Shown here: piece by piece, positions 56,270-64,000 of the stretch
Position numbering within the stretch: position 1 is the stretch's first letter
How the letters are laid out: every line of letters begins with the position of its first letter
Assembly (NCBI GenBank): GCA_965223325.1
Contig: CBDCWI010000002.1
Coordinates: 4,320,001-4,384,000, forward strand
DNA from: Candidatus Multivoradales bacterium
GTDB lineage: Bacteria > Acidobacteriota > Thermoanaerobaculia > Multivoradales > Multivoraceae
Direction: 5' to 3'
DNA length: 64,000 nt
Made by a program: the position numbers and the translations under genes
Notes under the pieces: model-generated
What the model was told of the DNA's origin: nothing
Databases searched by the model: none
Seen by the model: only the letters and a program-made list of their open reading frames with translations

Positions 56270-56950
56270 ATGGCACGAGGGTTGACCAGGCGGGTTCTCA
56301 TGTCGACAGGAGTCGCGGGTGCAATGCTCGTTGCTCCTCTCGAGGTTTCCGCTTTGCAAATCGTGCCTCGAGAGGGGGGCCCTGTTGAGCAGAACGGCTT
56401 CCTGGCTCCGGCTGTCCAGCAGAACACCGGCCTGGGTGATGCCATGAGCGCCCCTGGCTTACGAACCGACGAGGGTACCGAGCAGACGCTCTTCGCGGGC
56501 ACCGAGAGGGCGACGGTTCTGGTCTTCGTTGGGCGAGAATGCCCGATCTCGAATCGCTACACGCCAACGCTGAACCGACTGCGACGTGAAACGTTGGCCA
56601 CACACGGTCAGTCTTCGGTGGCCTTCTGGTTGGTTTACCCAGAGCGAGGGGTAACCGCGGTGGAGGTGCGCGAACACCGCGAAGCCTGGGATCACGAGTG
56701 GCCCGCGCTGCTCGATCTGGACCGAACCGCCGTAGAGCTCGTCGGAGCAGCGGTCACCCCTGAAGCCGCTTTGTTCGACGACAGAGGAACGTTGATCTAC
56801 CGCGGGCGCATCGATGATCGCTTCCGCGCGCTCACGCGTAGCCGCCCACGGGCAACTCGCCATGAGCTGAAGAGTGCGCTCGACGCACTGCTTGCCGGAG
56901 AACCAGTACCCGTCGCTCATGCTCCTGCGGTGGGTTGTTTCATCGAGTAG
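56270..56950 (+). CDS. Redoxin/AhpC-TSA-like thioredoxin-fold protein, possible Tat signal
   Basis: TRRVL N-terminus; ECPIS, VTPEA, YRGRIDD, VGCFI. Confidence 0.85.
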   Translation: MARGLTRRVLMSTGVAGAMLVAPLEVSALQIVPREGGPVEQNGFLAPAVQQNTGLGDAMSAPGLRTDEGTEQTLFAGTERATVLVFVGRECPISNRYTPTLNRLRRETLATHGQSSVAFWLVYPERGVTAVEVREHREAWDHEWPALLDLDRTAVELVGAAVTPEAALFDDRGTLIYRGRIDDRFRALTRSRPRATRHELKSALDALLAGEPVPVAHAPAVGCFIE

Positions 56951-57185
56951 TCGGGAACCAACTCGCCCCTCGACCAGTCAAAACCACCGGCTAGCGTGAC
57001 GTGCGCCCTGGGCAGTGCGATGGCGCTGGGACCTTCGCTGCCTGGGATGGGTTTGGGACCATCTGGGACGAACGGTGTTCGAAAGTCTCGCGATTCGTCC
57101 CTTGCAAGGAACGGATCGTGCTTCTCTTTCGTACCTTGAAGATGAAACGGGGGAGCGGGACGAATGTCTAAGACGGGCGAGGGCC

Positions 57186-60100
57186 ATGAGAAGGGTGTCC
57201 ATGGTCGCTTTCGGAACCGGAATCGGAGGGGCCTGGGGTTTGACGGCCGGAGTACCGCGCTCAACTGAATTCAACGGAGCGCCGTTGATTCAAGGTGATG
57301 ACCCCGAAGGGCCCCTGGACCTCTTCGAGATCCGTTCAACGGACCGGTTCGTGCCGCGCCGCCTTCTCGGGCGTGGCTCCTTCGGCGCGCTCTGGGAAGC
57401 GTGGGACTGCCGGCGTGGGGTCCGGGTGGCGGTTCGGGTCCTCGACCCGCGTGGGGGAATCGCGATTCCGGTGTGGAAGCGGGCCTTCCGCTTGCTCACC
57501 AGGATTTCGCACCCGTCGATCCTCGAGCCACAGGAGCTGGTCAACAGTAGTGAGCAGTGGCTGGTGATCACTCAGCTGGTCAGTGGCCCCGACCTGGTCA
57601 GCGCTTTGCGTGTCGGTGCCGGCTCCGATCGCTCGGGGCCCGTGACCGGCGTCGACTTCGATCGCGTGCGCAGGTCCTTCTCGCAGCTGCTCGCCGGCCT
57701 TGATGCGTTGGCCCGGTACGGCCGGGTGCACGGAAACCTGAAGCCCTCCAACGTGCTGCTCGACTCTTCCGGCACGGTTCGTCTTCTCGACGGCGGGCTG
57801 GCGGAGGAAGTCCGAGCACAGCTCGCCGAGACTTGTGCGAATGGAAGCTTCGAACGGGTCTTTTGTCCGGCTCCCTTCTACGCCGCTCCAGAGTCGATCG
57901 TGCAAGAGGTGGGAGAGCTTCAAGCTGGCGTTACCTCGGCAGGCGATCTCTACTCGGTCGGAGTGTTGCTGCACGAGGTGCTGACCGGCATTCTTCCGGG
58001 CGCTGGCCGGGACCGCCGGCCGAGCTCGAGGCGTAGCGGCATCCCGGTCGATCTAGACGTTCTGACGGCCGACCTGTTGCAGCCCGACCCAGATTCTCGG
58101 CCTTCGCTTTCCGAGGCGCGGCTGGTGCTCGAACGCGGTACCAAGAGCGACGCCACCAGCCGTAAAGACGGAGCGTTCGGTAGTTCTTCGGGCAGGCTCG
58201 AGCCTGACGACGGAGGTTCTCCGGTTCTCGTCGGGCGGGGACGGGAGCTCGATCGGCTGCGCGGGCTCTACGAGGAAGCCGTCTGGAGTGATCAGCCCGG
58301 CGGTCTCGAAGACGGTGCGGGCCGGCTGATCTGGATTCGAGGTCAGTCCGGGATGGGCAAGACCGCTCTCCAGGAGGGGTTCGCTCAGGAGATCGCCGCG
58401 ACTTTTCCGGAGACCTGGGTGATGATGGGGCGCTGTCATCGTCAGGAGAGTGTGCCCTTCAAGGTATTCGATCCGATTGTCGAGGCTCTCGTTGGAAAGA
58501 TTGAGGAGCTTCCTGCCGACGACCACGAGGGCACTGCCCTGCGCGCGCTCATTACGCCGGCCCTGCGACGCGTCTTCCCGTGGGTCACGCGCTCGCGGAC
58601 GAACGAGGGGAGAGAGCGTTTGCCGCTCCTGAGCTCCGCTGCCGCTCCCGATGTGTCTCCCGACGAGCTTCGCCTTCATGCCTTTCGTGACCTGCGGGTT
58701 CTCCTCGCTCGCTGTGCAGAGCAGCACCCGATTGTCGTTGTTCTCGACGATCTCCAGTGGGGCGATGCCGACAGCGCGGCGTTGCTTGCCGAGTTGGTTC
58801 GTTCGCCCATGCCAGGGTTCCTCCTCATCGCCAGCTGCCGCAGCGAAGACCTGGAACAGAGCCCCTTTCTCTCTGCGCTGCCGGCAACTGTTTTGGGCCT
58901 CGGCGAGGACATGGTGCTGCCCGGTCTCGATGAGGCGTCGGCAGAGCAGCTGGCGCGCGAGTGGATCACGGAGCCTCTGTGTGAAGGCAGCTGCACGTCC
59001 ACCTCTACCGATGGCCCGAACGGCTCGGCTCGCGATCGCCTGGTTCACGCGGTGGTGCGAGAGTCGATGGGCAATCCCTTCTACCTGACGACGCTCTCTC
59101 GTGCCGCCGCGCGTCGCGAGTTCAGTCCCGATGGACTGGTCTTGAGCACGGTCATCGAACAACAGCTTGCAGAACTGCCCGACTTGTCGCGTCAGCTGCT
59201 GGCGCTACTGGTGGTGGCTGAGATGCCGCTCGACCGCGAGGTCTGCCGGCGCGCGCTGGGCCCGGTGACCGACGACGATTCAGGAGCGCCCGACTTCGTG
59301 ACCTTCGATGGCTGCCTGCGACGTCTCGAGCTCGAGGGCCTGGTGAGAGTCATGGGGCCTGGCGGGCGCGAGGTGATCGACCTGCGTCACGATCGCCTGC
59401 GCCGACCGCTTCTCGAAACCGTCGACGAGGCGGAGCGCCGAGAGTTGCACGGCCGGCTGGCGACGGCCCTCGAAAGAGCTGGCGAACGTGCCGCAGGAAC
59501 CGTTGCCAGTCATCTTCACCAGAGCCATGACGACGGACGCGCTGCAAGCTATGCGGTCGAGGCAGCGGAACAGGCGTTCGAACAGTTGGCCTTCGACCGC
59601 GCCGCACGTCTGCTCGAGCTGGCGCTCGACCTCAGTCGTCAAGGTGGCGTGACGGAAGCCGAGATGGCGGCGCTGCGGGCGAGGCTTGGTGACGCGCTGC
59701 GCCTGGCCGGACGCGGTGCCGAGGCGGCGGGCGAGTACCTTGCAGCCGTCGAAGGTGGTGGCTCGCGAAGAGTGCTGGAGCTCCAACGTGGAGCCGCCGA
59801 ACAGTTGCTGCTTTCAGGGCATGTCGAATCTGGGGTTCGGGTGCTGCGACACGTCTTTCGGACGGTGGGTCTTCCCTACCCGAAAGGTCGGCGCCGCTTG
59901 CGCTTCTGGCGAACCGGTGGCCGACGCCGCAAGTTGCGCTTCGAAGCACGCCGCCAGGAAGAAGTATCGCCCGCCCTTCTGTTGCGCGTCGATGCTTGCT
60001 GGTCGGCGGCGGCGGGGCTGCGCCCCATCGATCCAGCCGCGGCCAGTGACGCGCAGGAACGGCACCTCAATCTCGCTCTCCAGGCCGGTGATCTCCCGCG

Positions 60101-61118
60101 CATCGTGCGGGCTCTTCTCATGGAGGTCGCGTCATCGGCGGCTGCCGGCACCGAGTCCAACGAGCGAACCCAGGAGCTCCTGGAAGAGGCGACCAGGTTG
60201 GCCGAGAGAAACGGCGACCCTGAATCTCTCGGCCGGGCCGCGCTCGCGGCCACCATCGCCGCGACAGCCGAAGGTCGCTGGGCCGAGGCGGTGCGGCTCG
60301 GGCGGCAGACCGCGACCATCCTGGTCGAGCGCTGTTCGGGAGTTGCCTGGGAGCGCCGCCTGAATCAAGACCTCGTTCTTCAAGGCCTCAACGGCCTTGG
60401 CGCGTTCGACGAGATCTCGGCTCGCCTGCCGCGGCTGCTTACCGAGGCCGTCAAGTGCAACGATCTCTACGCCCAGAACAACCTCGGCATGTGGATGGCC
60501 AGAGCCGAGCTGATCAAGGATCGCCCCAAGGAGGCACGGCTTCGTCTCGAAGCTGTAGAACAACAGTGGCCCAGCGGGCGCTGGGAGCTGCCGCGGCTGC
60601 AGGCGAAGTTGGTCGAGATCGAGGTCGCCCTCTATTGCCAGGAGACCGATTGTTGGCAACAGATCGAGCGCCGCTGGTCAGCGGTCCGTTCGAGCGGGAT
60701 GCTCGAGAGCCAGGTGGTGAGGATTCGCCTGGCCCTTCTACGCGCCCGTTCGGCTCTCCTTGCGGCGCGCTCGGGCGGCGGCGAAGTCGGCGCCTGGCAC
60801 GACCGGATCGAGCGCGAACTCACCGCCATCGATAGCGAAGGCGCTCCCTGGGGAAGCAACCTCGCCGACGGTCTGCGGGCCACGCTTGCCGTCCAGCAAG
60901 GCGATCGGGCGCGGGCGAAACGCCTCTACGAGGTCGTTGAGCGCCGGGCGCGAGGTACCGAGATCGCGGTGCTCGCCGGTGCATGCCGCTTGCGTCGCGG
61001 TGAACTGATCGGCTCCGGCCTCGGCGATCGAATGGCCACCGAAGCGCGTCAAGAGATTCGAGAACTGGGTGTCGTGTTTCCTGAGCGCATTGCGGCGCTG
61101 TTTCTCGGAGCGTTGTAG
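57186..61118 (+). CDS. Ser/Thr kinase-like domain + AAA/STAND ATPase + helical repeats (probable pseudokinase)
   Basis: LGRGSFG, LKPSNVLL, YAAPE, DLYSVG; LVGR, GQSGMGKT, LDDLQWGD, GNPFY. Start uncertain. Confidence 0.9.
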   Translation: MRRVSMVAFGTGIGGAWGLTAGVPRSTEFNGAPLIQGDDPEGPLDLFEIRSTDRFVPRRLLGRGSFGALWEAWDCRRGVRVAVRVLDPRGGIAIPVWKRAFRLLTRISHPSILEPQELVNSSEQWLVITQLVSGPDLVSALRVGAGSDRSGPVTGVDFDRVRRSFSQLLAGLDALARYGRVHGNLKPSNVLLDSSGTVRLLDGGLAEEVRAQLAETCANGSFERVFCPAPFYAAPESIVQEVGELQAGVTSAGDLYSVGVLLHEVLTGILPGAGRDRRPSSRRSGIPVDLDVLTADLLQPDPDSRPSLSEARLVLERGTKSDATSRKDGAFGSSSGRLEPDDGGSPVLVGRGRELDRLRGLYEEAVWSDQPGGLEDGAGRLIWIRGQSGMGKTALQEGFAQEIAATFPETWVMMGRCHRQESVPFKVFDPIVEALVGKIEELPADDHEGTALRALITPALRRVFPWVTRSRTNEGRERLPLLSSAAAPDVSPDELRLHAFRDLRVLLARCAEQHPIVVVLDDLQWGDADSAALLAELVRSPMPGFLLIASCRSEDLEQSPFLSALPATVLGLGEDMVLPGLDEASAEQLAREWITEPLCEGSCTSTSTDGPNGSARDRLVHAVVRESMGNPFYLTTLSRAAARREFSPDGLVLSTVIEQQLAELPDLSRQLLALLVVAEMPLDREVCRRALGPVTDDDSGAPDFVTFDGCLRRLELEGLVRVMGPGGREVIDLRHDRLRRPLLETVDEAERRELHGRLATALERAGERAAGTVASHLHQSHDDGRAASYAVEAAEQAFEQLAFDRAARLLELALDLSRQGGVTEAEMAALRARLGDALRLAGRGAEAAGEYLAAVEGGGSRRVLELQRGAAEQLLLSGHVESGVRVLRHVFRTVGLPYPKGRRRLRFWRTGGRRRKLRFEARRQEEVSPALLLRVDACWSAAAGLRPIDPAAASDAQERHLNLALQAGDLPRIVRALLMEVASSAAAGTESNERTQELLEEATRLAERNGDPESLGRAALAATIAATAEGRWAEAVRLGRQTATILVERCSGVAWERRLNQDLVLQGLNGLGAFDEISARLPRLLTEAVKCNDLYAQNNLGMWMARAELIKDRPKEARLRLEAVEQQWPSGRWELPRLQAKLVEIEVALYCQETDCWQQIERRWSAVRSSGMLESQVVRIRLALLRARSALLAARSGGGEVGAWHDRIERELTAIDSEGAPWGSNLADGLRATLAVQQGDRARAKRLYEVVERRARGTEIAVLAGACRLRRGELIGSGLGDRMATEARQEIRELGVVFPERIAALFLGAL

Positions 61119-61179
61119 GAACTCACCTGCCAAGCGCGTTCGCCGGCAGACCTCGCGGTGGTGAACTAGCATCGGCGGG

Positions 61180-63024
61180 ATGAACGACGAAGAGCCTCGC
61201 CGGGCACCCTCGGCGATCGCGAAGGACTATCAGGCCCGTTTGGCCGAGCGCACCGCGTCAGCTGAGAGTGCGGCACGGGCAGAGTTCTGGATCTCGGTTT
61301 CCAGACTGGTGGTTTTTGTAGCCGGGCTCGTCGCTGCCTGGCTGTCGCTCCAGTCCGGCTGGTTCAGCCCCTGGTGGCTCTTGCTGTTCGTCGCTCTCTT
61401 TCTCGTCCTGGTCACGGTTCATGAGCGTGCACTCAGGCGCCGCACCCGCTCCGACCGAGCGGTCAGCTACTACGAGGCCGGTCTCCGTCGACTGGCATGG
61501 GATGAGGGCACCGGAGAGTGGCCCGAGGTTTCTGCCAACGGTGAGCGCTACCGCGAGAACCTGCATCTCTACGCCGATGACCTCGACCTGTTCGGTTCGC
61601 GCTCGCTATTCGAACGCCTTTCGGTGGCGCGCACCAGGGTCGGTCAGGACGTTCTGGCTGGGTGGCTGCGGGCGCCGGCGGAGCCGAGTGAGGTTCGCGC
61701 CCGGCAGGCTGCCGTGGCCGAGGTTGCAAAACGCCCCGACCTGCGCGAGCGGCTGTGGGTCCTCGGCGGCGAGATCGAAGGCGGCATGGATGCCAAGCGC
61801 CTGATCGAGTGGTCGGGTAGTCAGCGCAGTCTTCCAGCCTGGCTTCGGTGGCCGGCGCTGGCTCTGGTCCTCGCCAACGCGCTGACCCTCATCGCTTGGG
61901 GGTTCTTCAGCCAGGGACCGCGGCCGTTTCTCTATCTGTTGGTCCTCGACGCGGCGGTGTTCACGGCCGTGCGTACGCGTTTCGCGGCGGCGATCAACGG
62001 GGTCGAAAAGGCGAGCCGTGATCTCTACTTGATGGCTGAGTTGCTGGTTTCGCTCGAAGGCGAGACCGCAGAGTCTCCGTGGATGACCGCACGAATCAGC
62101 GAGTTGGGCCGCGGAGCAGATGCTGCGGGTCGTCGCATCCAAAGCCTGCGACGCCTGGTCGAGTTGTTGGACTCGCGACGGAACCCCTTCTTCGCGCCCT
62201 TTGGAGCGCTCCTCTGGTGGGGTACCCATCTCGCCCTTTCTCTCGAGAACTGGCGTGAGGAGGTGGGGCCCCGTGTTGCGCGCTGGGTGGAGATCGTCGG
62301 CGAACTCGAAGCCTTGTCATCGCTGGCGCACTGGCGGGCCGAAAACGAGGCGTTTTCGACCTTTCCCGAGATCGCTCCCAACGACGGGGGTGTTTTGCCA
62401 TCGGTAGAAGGAGAGAAACTGAACCATCCCTTGCTTTCACGGGCGGCGAGTCGAGCCAACGACATCAGCCTCGGAGGGGCGGAGGCGCCACAGGGTTACA
62501 TCGTCAGTGGGTCGAACATGTCGGGGAAGAGCACCTACCTGCGCACCGTTGGCCTGCAGGCGGTCCTCGCGCTTGCCGGTGGGGCAGTGCCGGCGGAGCG
62601 CTTTCGCATCGCTCCGGTCGCCATCGCGTCGTCGATCCGGATCAACGACTCGCTCGCCGAAGGTGCTTCTCGCTTCTACGCCGAGATAAAGCGGCTTCGT
62701 CAGGTGCTCGATGCGACGGCCGGCGAGCGGCCGGTCCTCTTCCTGCTCGACGAGATTCTGCACGGCACCAACTCTCATGATCGCCGGATTGGTGCCGAGG
62801 CCTTTACCCGCAGCATGCTCGATCGTGGGGCCGTGGGTTTGGTGACGACGCACGACCTGGCGCTCGCCGCAATCGCTGAAGATCCCGACCTGCACCTGCG
62901 CAACGTCCACTTCGATGATCGCGTCGAAGAGGGCCGGATCGTGTTCGACTATCAGTTGCGCGACGGTGTCGTCACGCGGAGCAACGCCTTGGCTCTGATG
63001 CGCGAGGTCGGTCTCGAGGTCTGA
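61180..63024 (+). CDS. Membrane-anchored MutS domain V ATPase
   Basis: N-terminal TMs, DLDLFG..SLF, GSNMSGKST, SRFYAE, LLDEILHGTNS, TTHDL. Confidence 0.92.
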   Translation: MNDEEPRRAPSAIAKDYQARLAERTASAESAARAEFWISVSRLVVFVAGLVAAWLSLQSGWFSPWWLLLFVALFLVLVTVHERALRRRTRSDRAVSYYEAGLRRLAWDEGTGEWPEVSANGERYRENLHLYADDLDLFGSRSLFERLSVARTRVGQDVLAGWLRAPAEPSEVRARQAAVAEVAKRPDLRERLWVLGGEIEGGMDAKRLIEWSGSQRSLPAWLRWPALALVLANALTLIAWGFFSQGPRPFLYLLVLDAAVFTAVRTRFAAAINGVEKASRDLYLMAELLVSLEGETAESPWMTARISELGRGADAAGRRIQSLRRLVELLDSRRNPFFAPFGALLWWGTHLALSLENWREEVGPRVARWVEIVGELEALSSLAHWRAENEAFSTFPEIAPNDGGVLPSVEGEKLNHPLLSRAASRANDISLGGAEAPQGYIVSGSNMSGKSTYLRTVGLQAVLALAGGAVPAERFRIAPVAIASSIRINDSLAEGASRFYAEIKRLRQVLDATAGERPVLFLLDEILHGTNSHDRRIGAEAFTRSMLDRGAVGLVTTHDLALAAIAEDPDLHLRNVHFDDRVEEGRIVFDYQLRDGVVTRSNALALMREVGLEV

Positions 63025-63062
63025 GGACAGCGACCCCGTACCAGTTCTTCCTCGTGAGGGCC

Positions 63063-64000
63063 CTAGCGCGGTGGCGGTGGTGGAACCCGGAGCCGGCGGA
63101 CGACGACCAGACTGAAGTCATCTTCGAGTCGGTTCTCGCCCAGGTGCCGTTCGAGCTCCTGATGGATGCGCGCGTGAATCTCGTCTGCTGAACCTTCGTT
63201 GCGAAGAAGCTCACGCAGCCGCTGGTAGCTGAAAGCGCGGCCACTCTCGTCGACCGCTTCAGGAAGACCGTCGCTGAACAGGACCAGGGTGTCGCCAGGT
63301 TCGAGTGTGATGCGGCCGGTTGCGGGCACTGTTTCGACGCGGAGTCCAAGGGGCAGGGCGCCGTCGCCGACCTCCAGGACCGTGCCGTTGGCACGTCGTA
63401 GGAGCGGGTACGGGTGACCGGCAGACGCCCAGTCGAGCGCTCCGCTTTCCCGATCGAGCACCGAGTAGAAAAGGCTCATGAAGTCGCGCCGGCCGCCGGT
63501 GCGGTAGAGCGCCCGGTTGATGACCTCGAGAACCGGTTCGGGCGCCGTGTTCTCGTCCATCGCCAGGCGGAGGCTGGCGTGGGCGATCGCCATCACCAGG
63601 CCGGCGGCGAGGCCGTGCCCGCTGGCGTCGCCCACCAACAAGGCGAGGCGACCGTCGGGGAGCTCGAGGAAGTCGTAGTAGTCGCCACCCACGGTGTTGG
63701 CGGTGCGCCAGGAGTGGGCGATGCGCCAGTCACGATGCTCTGGTGCCTCGAGCGGCAACAACTGGAGTTGCAGGTCGCGCGCCACTTCGAGCTCGTCGCG
63801 CACTCTGACCTGGTCGACCAGTTCGAGAACCAGCAGAAACACCAGGCCGCTGATTGCGACCAGGAACCAGAAGCCGCTCGCCTCGATGACCAGCCGCTGG
63901 TTGATGAACTCCGGCGCGAGGTCGAGCGCGCCAAAGGCGGTCGCGAGAAGGCAGCCGACAAAGAGCAGTCGCCGCGCCGGCGTCAAACGGTAGGCGATCC
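63063..64000 (-). CDS. PP2C/SpoIIE-type protein phosphatase (5' end runs off window)
   Basis: VGGDYYD, GDASGHG, SAGHP, FSDGL, EDD; the frame is open to the window edge. Confidence 0.93.
   Translation of the reverse strand, partial: IAYRLTPARRLLFVGCLLATAFGALDLAPEFINQRLVIEASGFWFLVAISGLVFLLVLELVDQVRVRDELEVARDLQLQLLPLEAPEHRDWRIAHSWRTANTVGGDYYDFLELPDGRLALLVGDASGHGLAAGLVMAIAHASLRLAMDENTAPEPVLEVINRALYRTGGRRDFMSLFYSVLDRESGALDWASAGHPYPLLRRANGTVLEVGDGALPLGLRVETVPATGRITLEPGDTLVLFSDGLPEAVDESGRAFSYQRLRELLRNEGSADEIHARIHQELERHLGENRLEDDFSLVVVRRLRVPPPPPR

Noticed and set aside
61180-63024. Canonical mismatch-repair mutS
   Set aside because: It has only the ATPase domain plus TM helices and no mismatch-recognition domain; this is a known MutS-like subfamily.

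Overview
GC-rich bacterial chromosomal window; the gene content (DGFE-tailed and IPTL-CTERM surface proteins, CRTAC1/FG-GAP+TPR cluster, BlaI/M56 pair) suggests an Acidobacteriota-like organism (inference). It holds about 40 CDSs and no rRNA, tRNA or CRISPR that I can see. The notable part is 33.5-50 kb. Two apparently identical 1,910-nt group II introns (33740-35649, 47653-49562) have a non-canonical GATACG 5' end, and each is inserted at CGCTTG|CGCCG inside a member of one structured intergenic repeat family. The second sits in a 284-bp tandem array whose units carry a fixed-length variable slot. Genes on both sides of the array show the same strand-specific synonymous-site skew (minus strand G/T-rich), as expected from long-term single-strand exposure. 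These two repeat/intron loci bound a ~16-kb block that separates the two halves of an acyl-CoA synthetase/LIV-type ABC transporter operon. Also seen: a gene broken by an in-frame TAA, a STAND-type pseudokinase, a SigW-type promoter, two candidate operators and a divergent pair of effector-like orphans. All counts and alignments were done by eye; no database searches were run.
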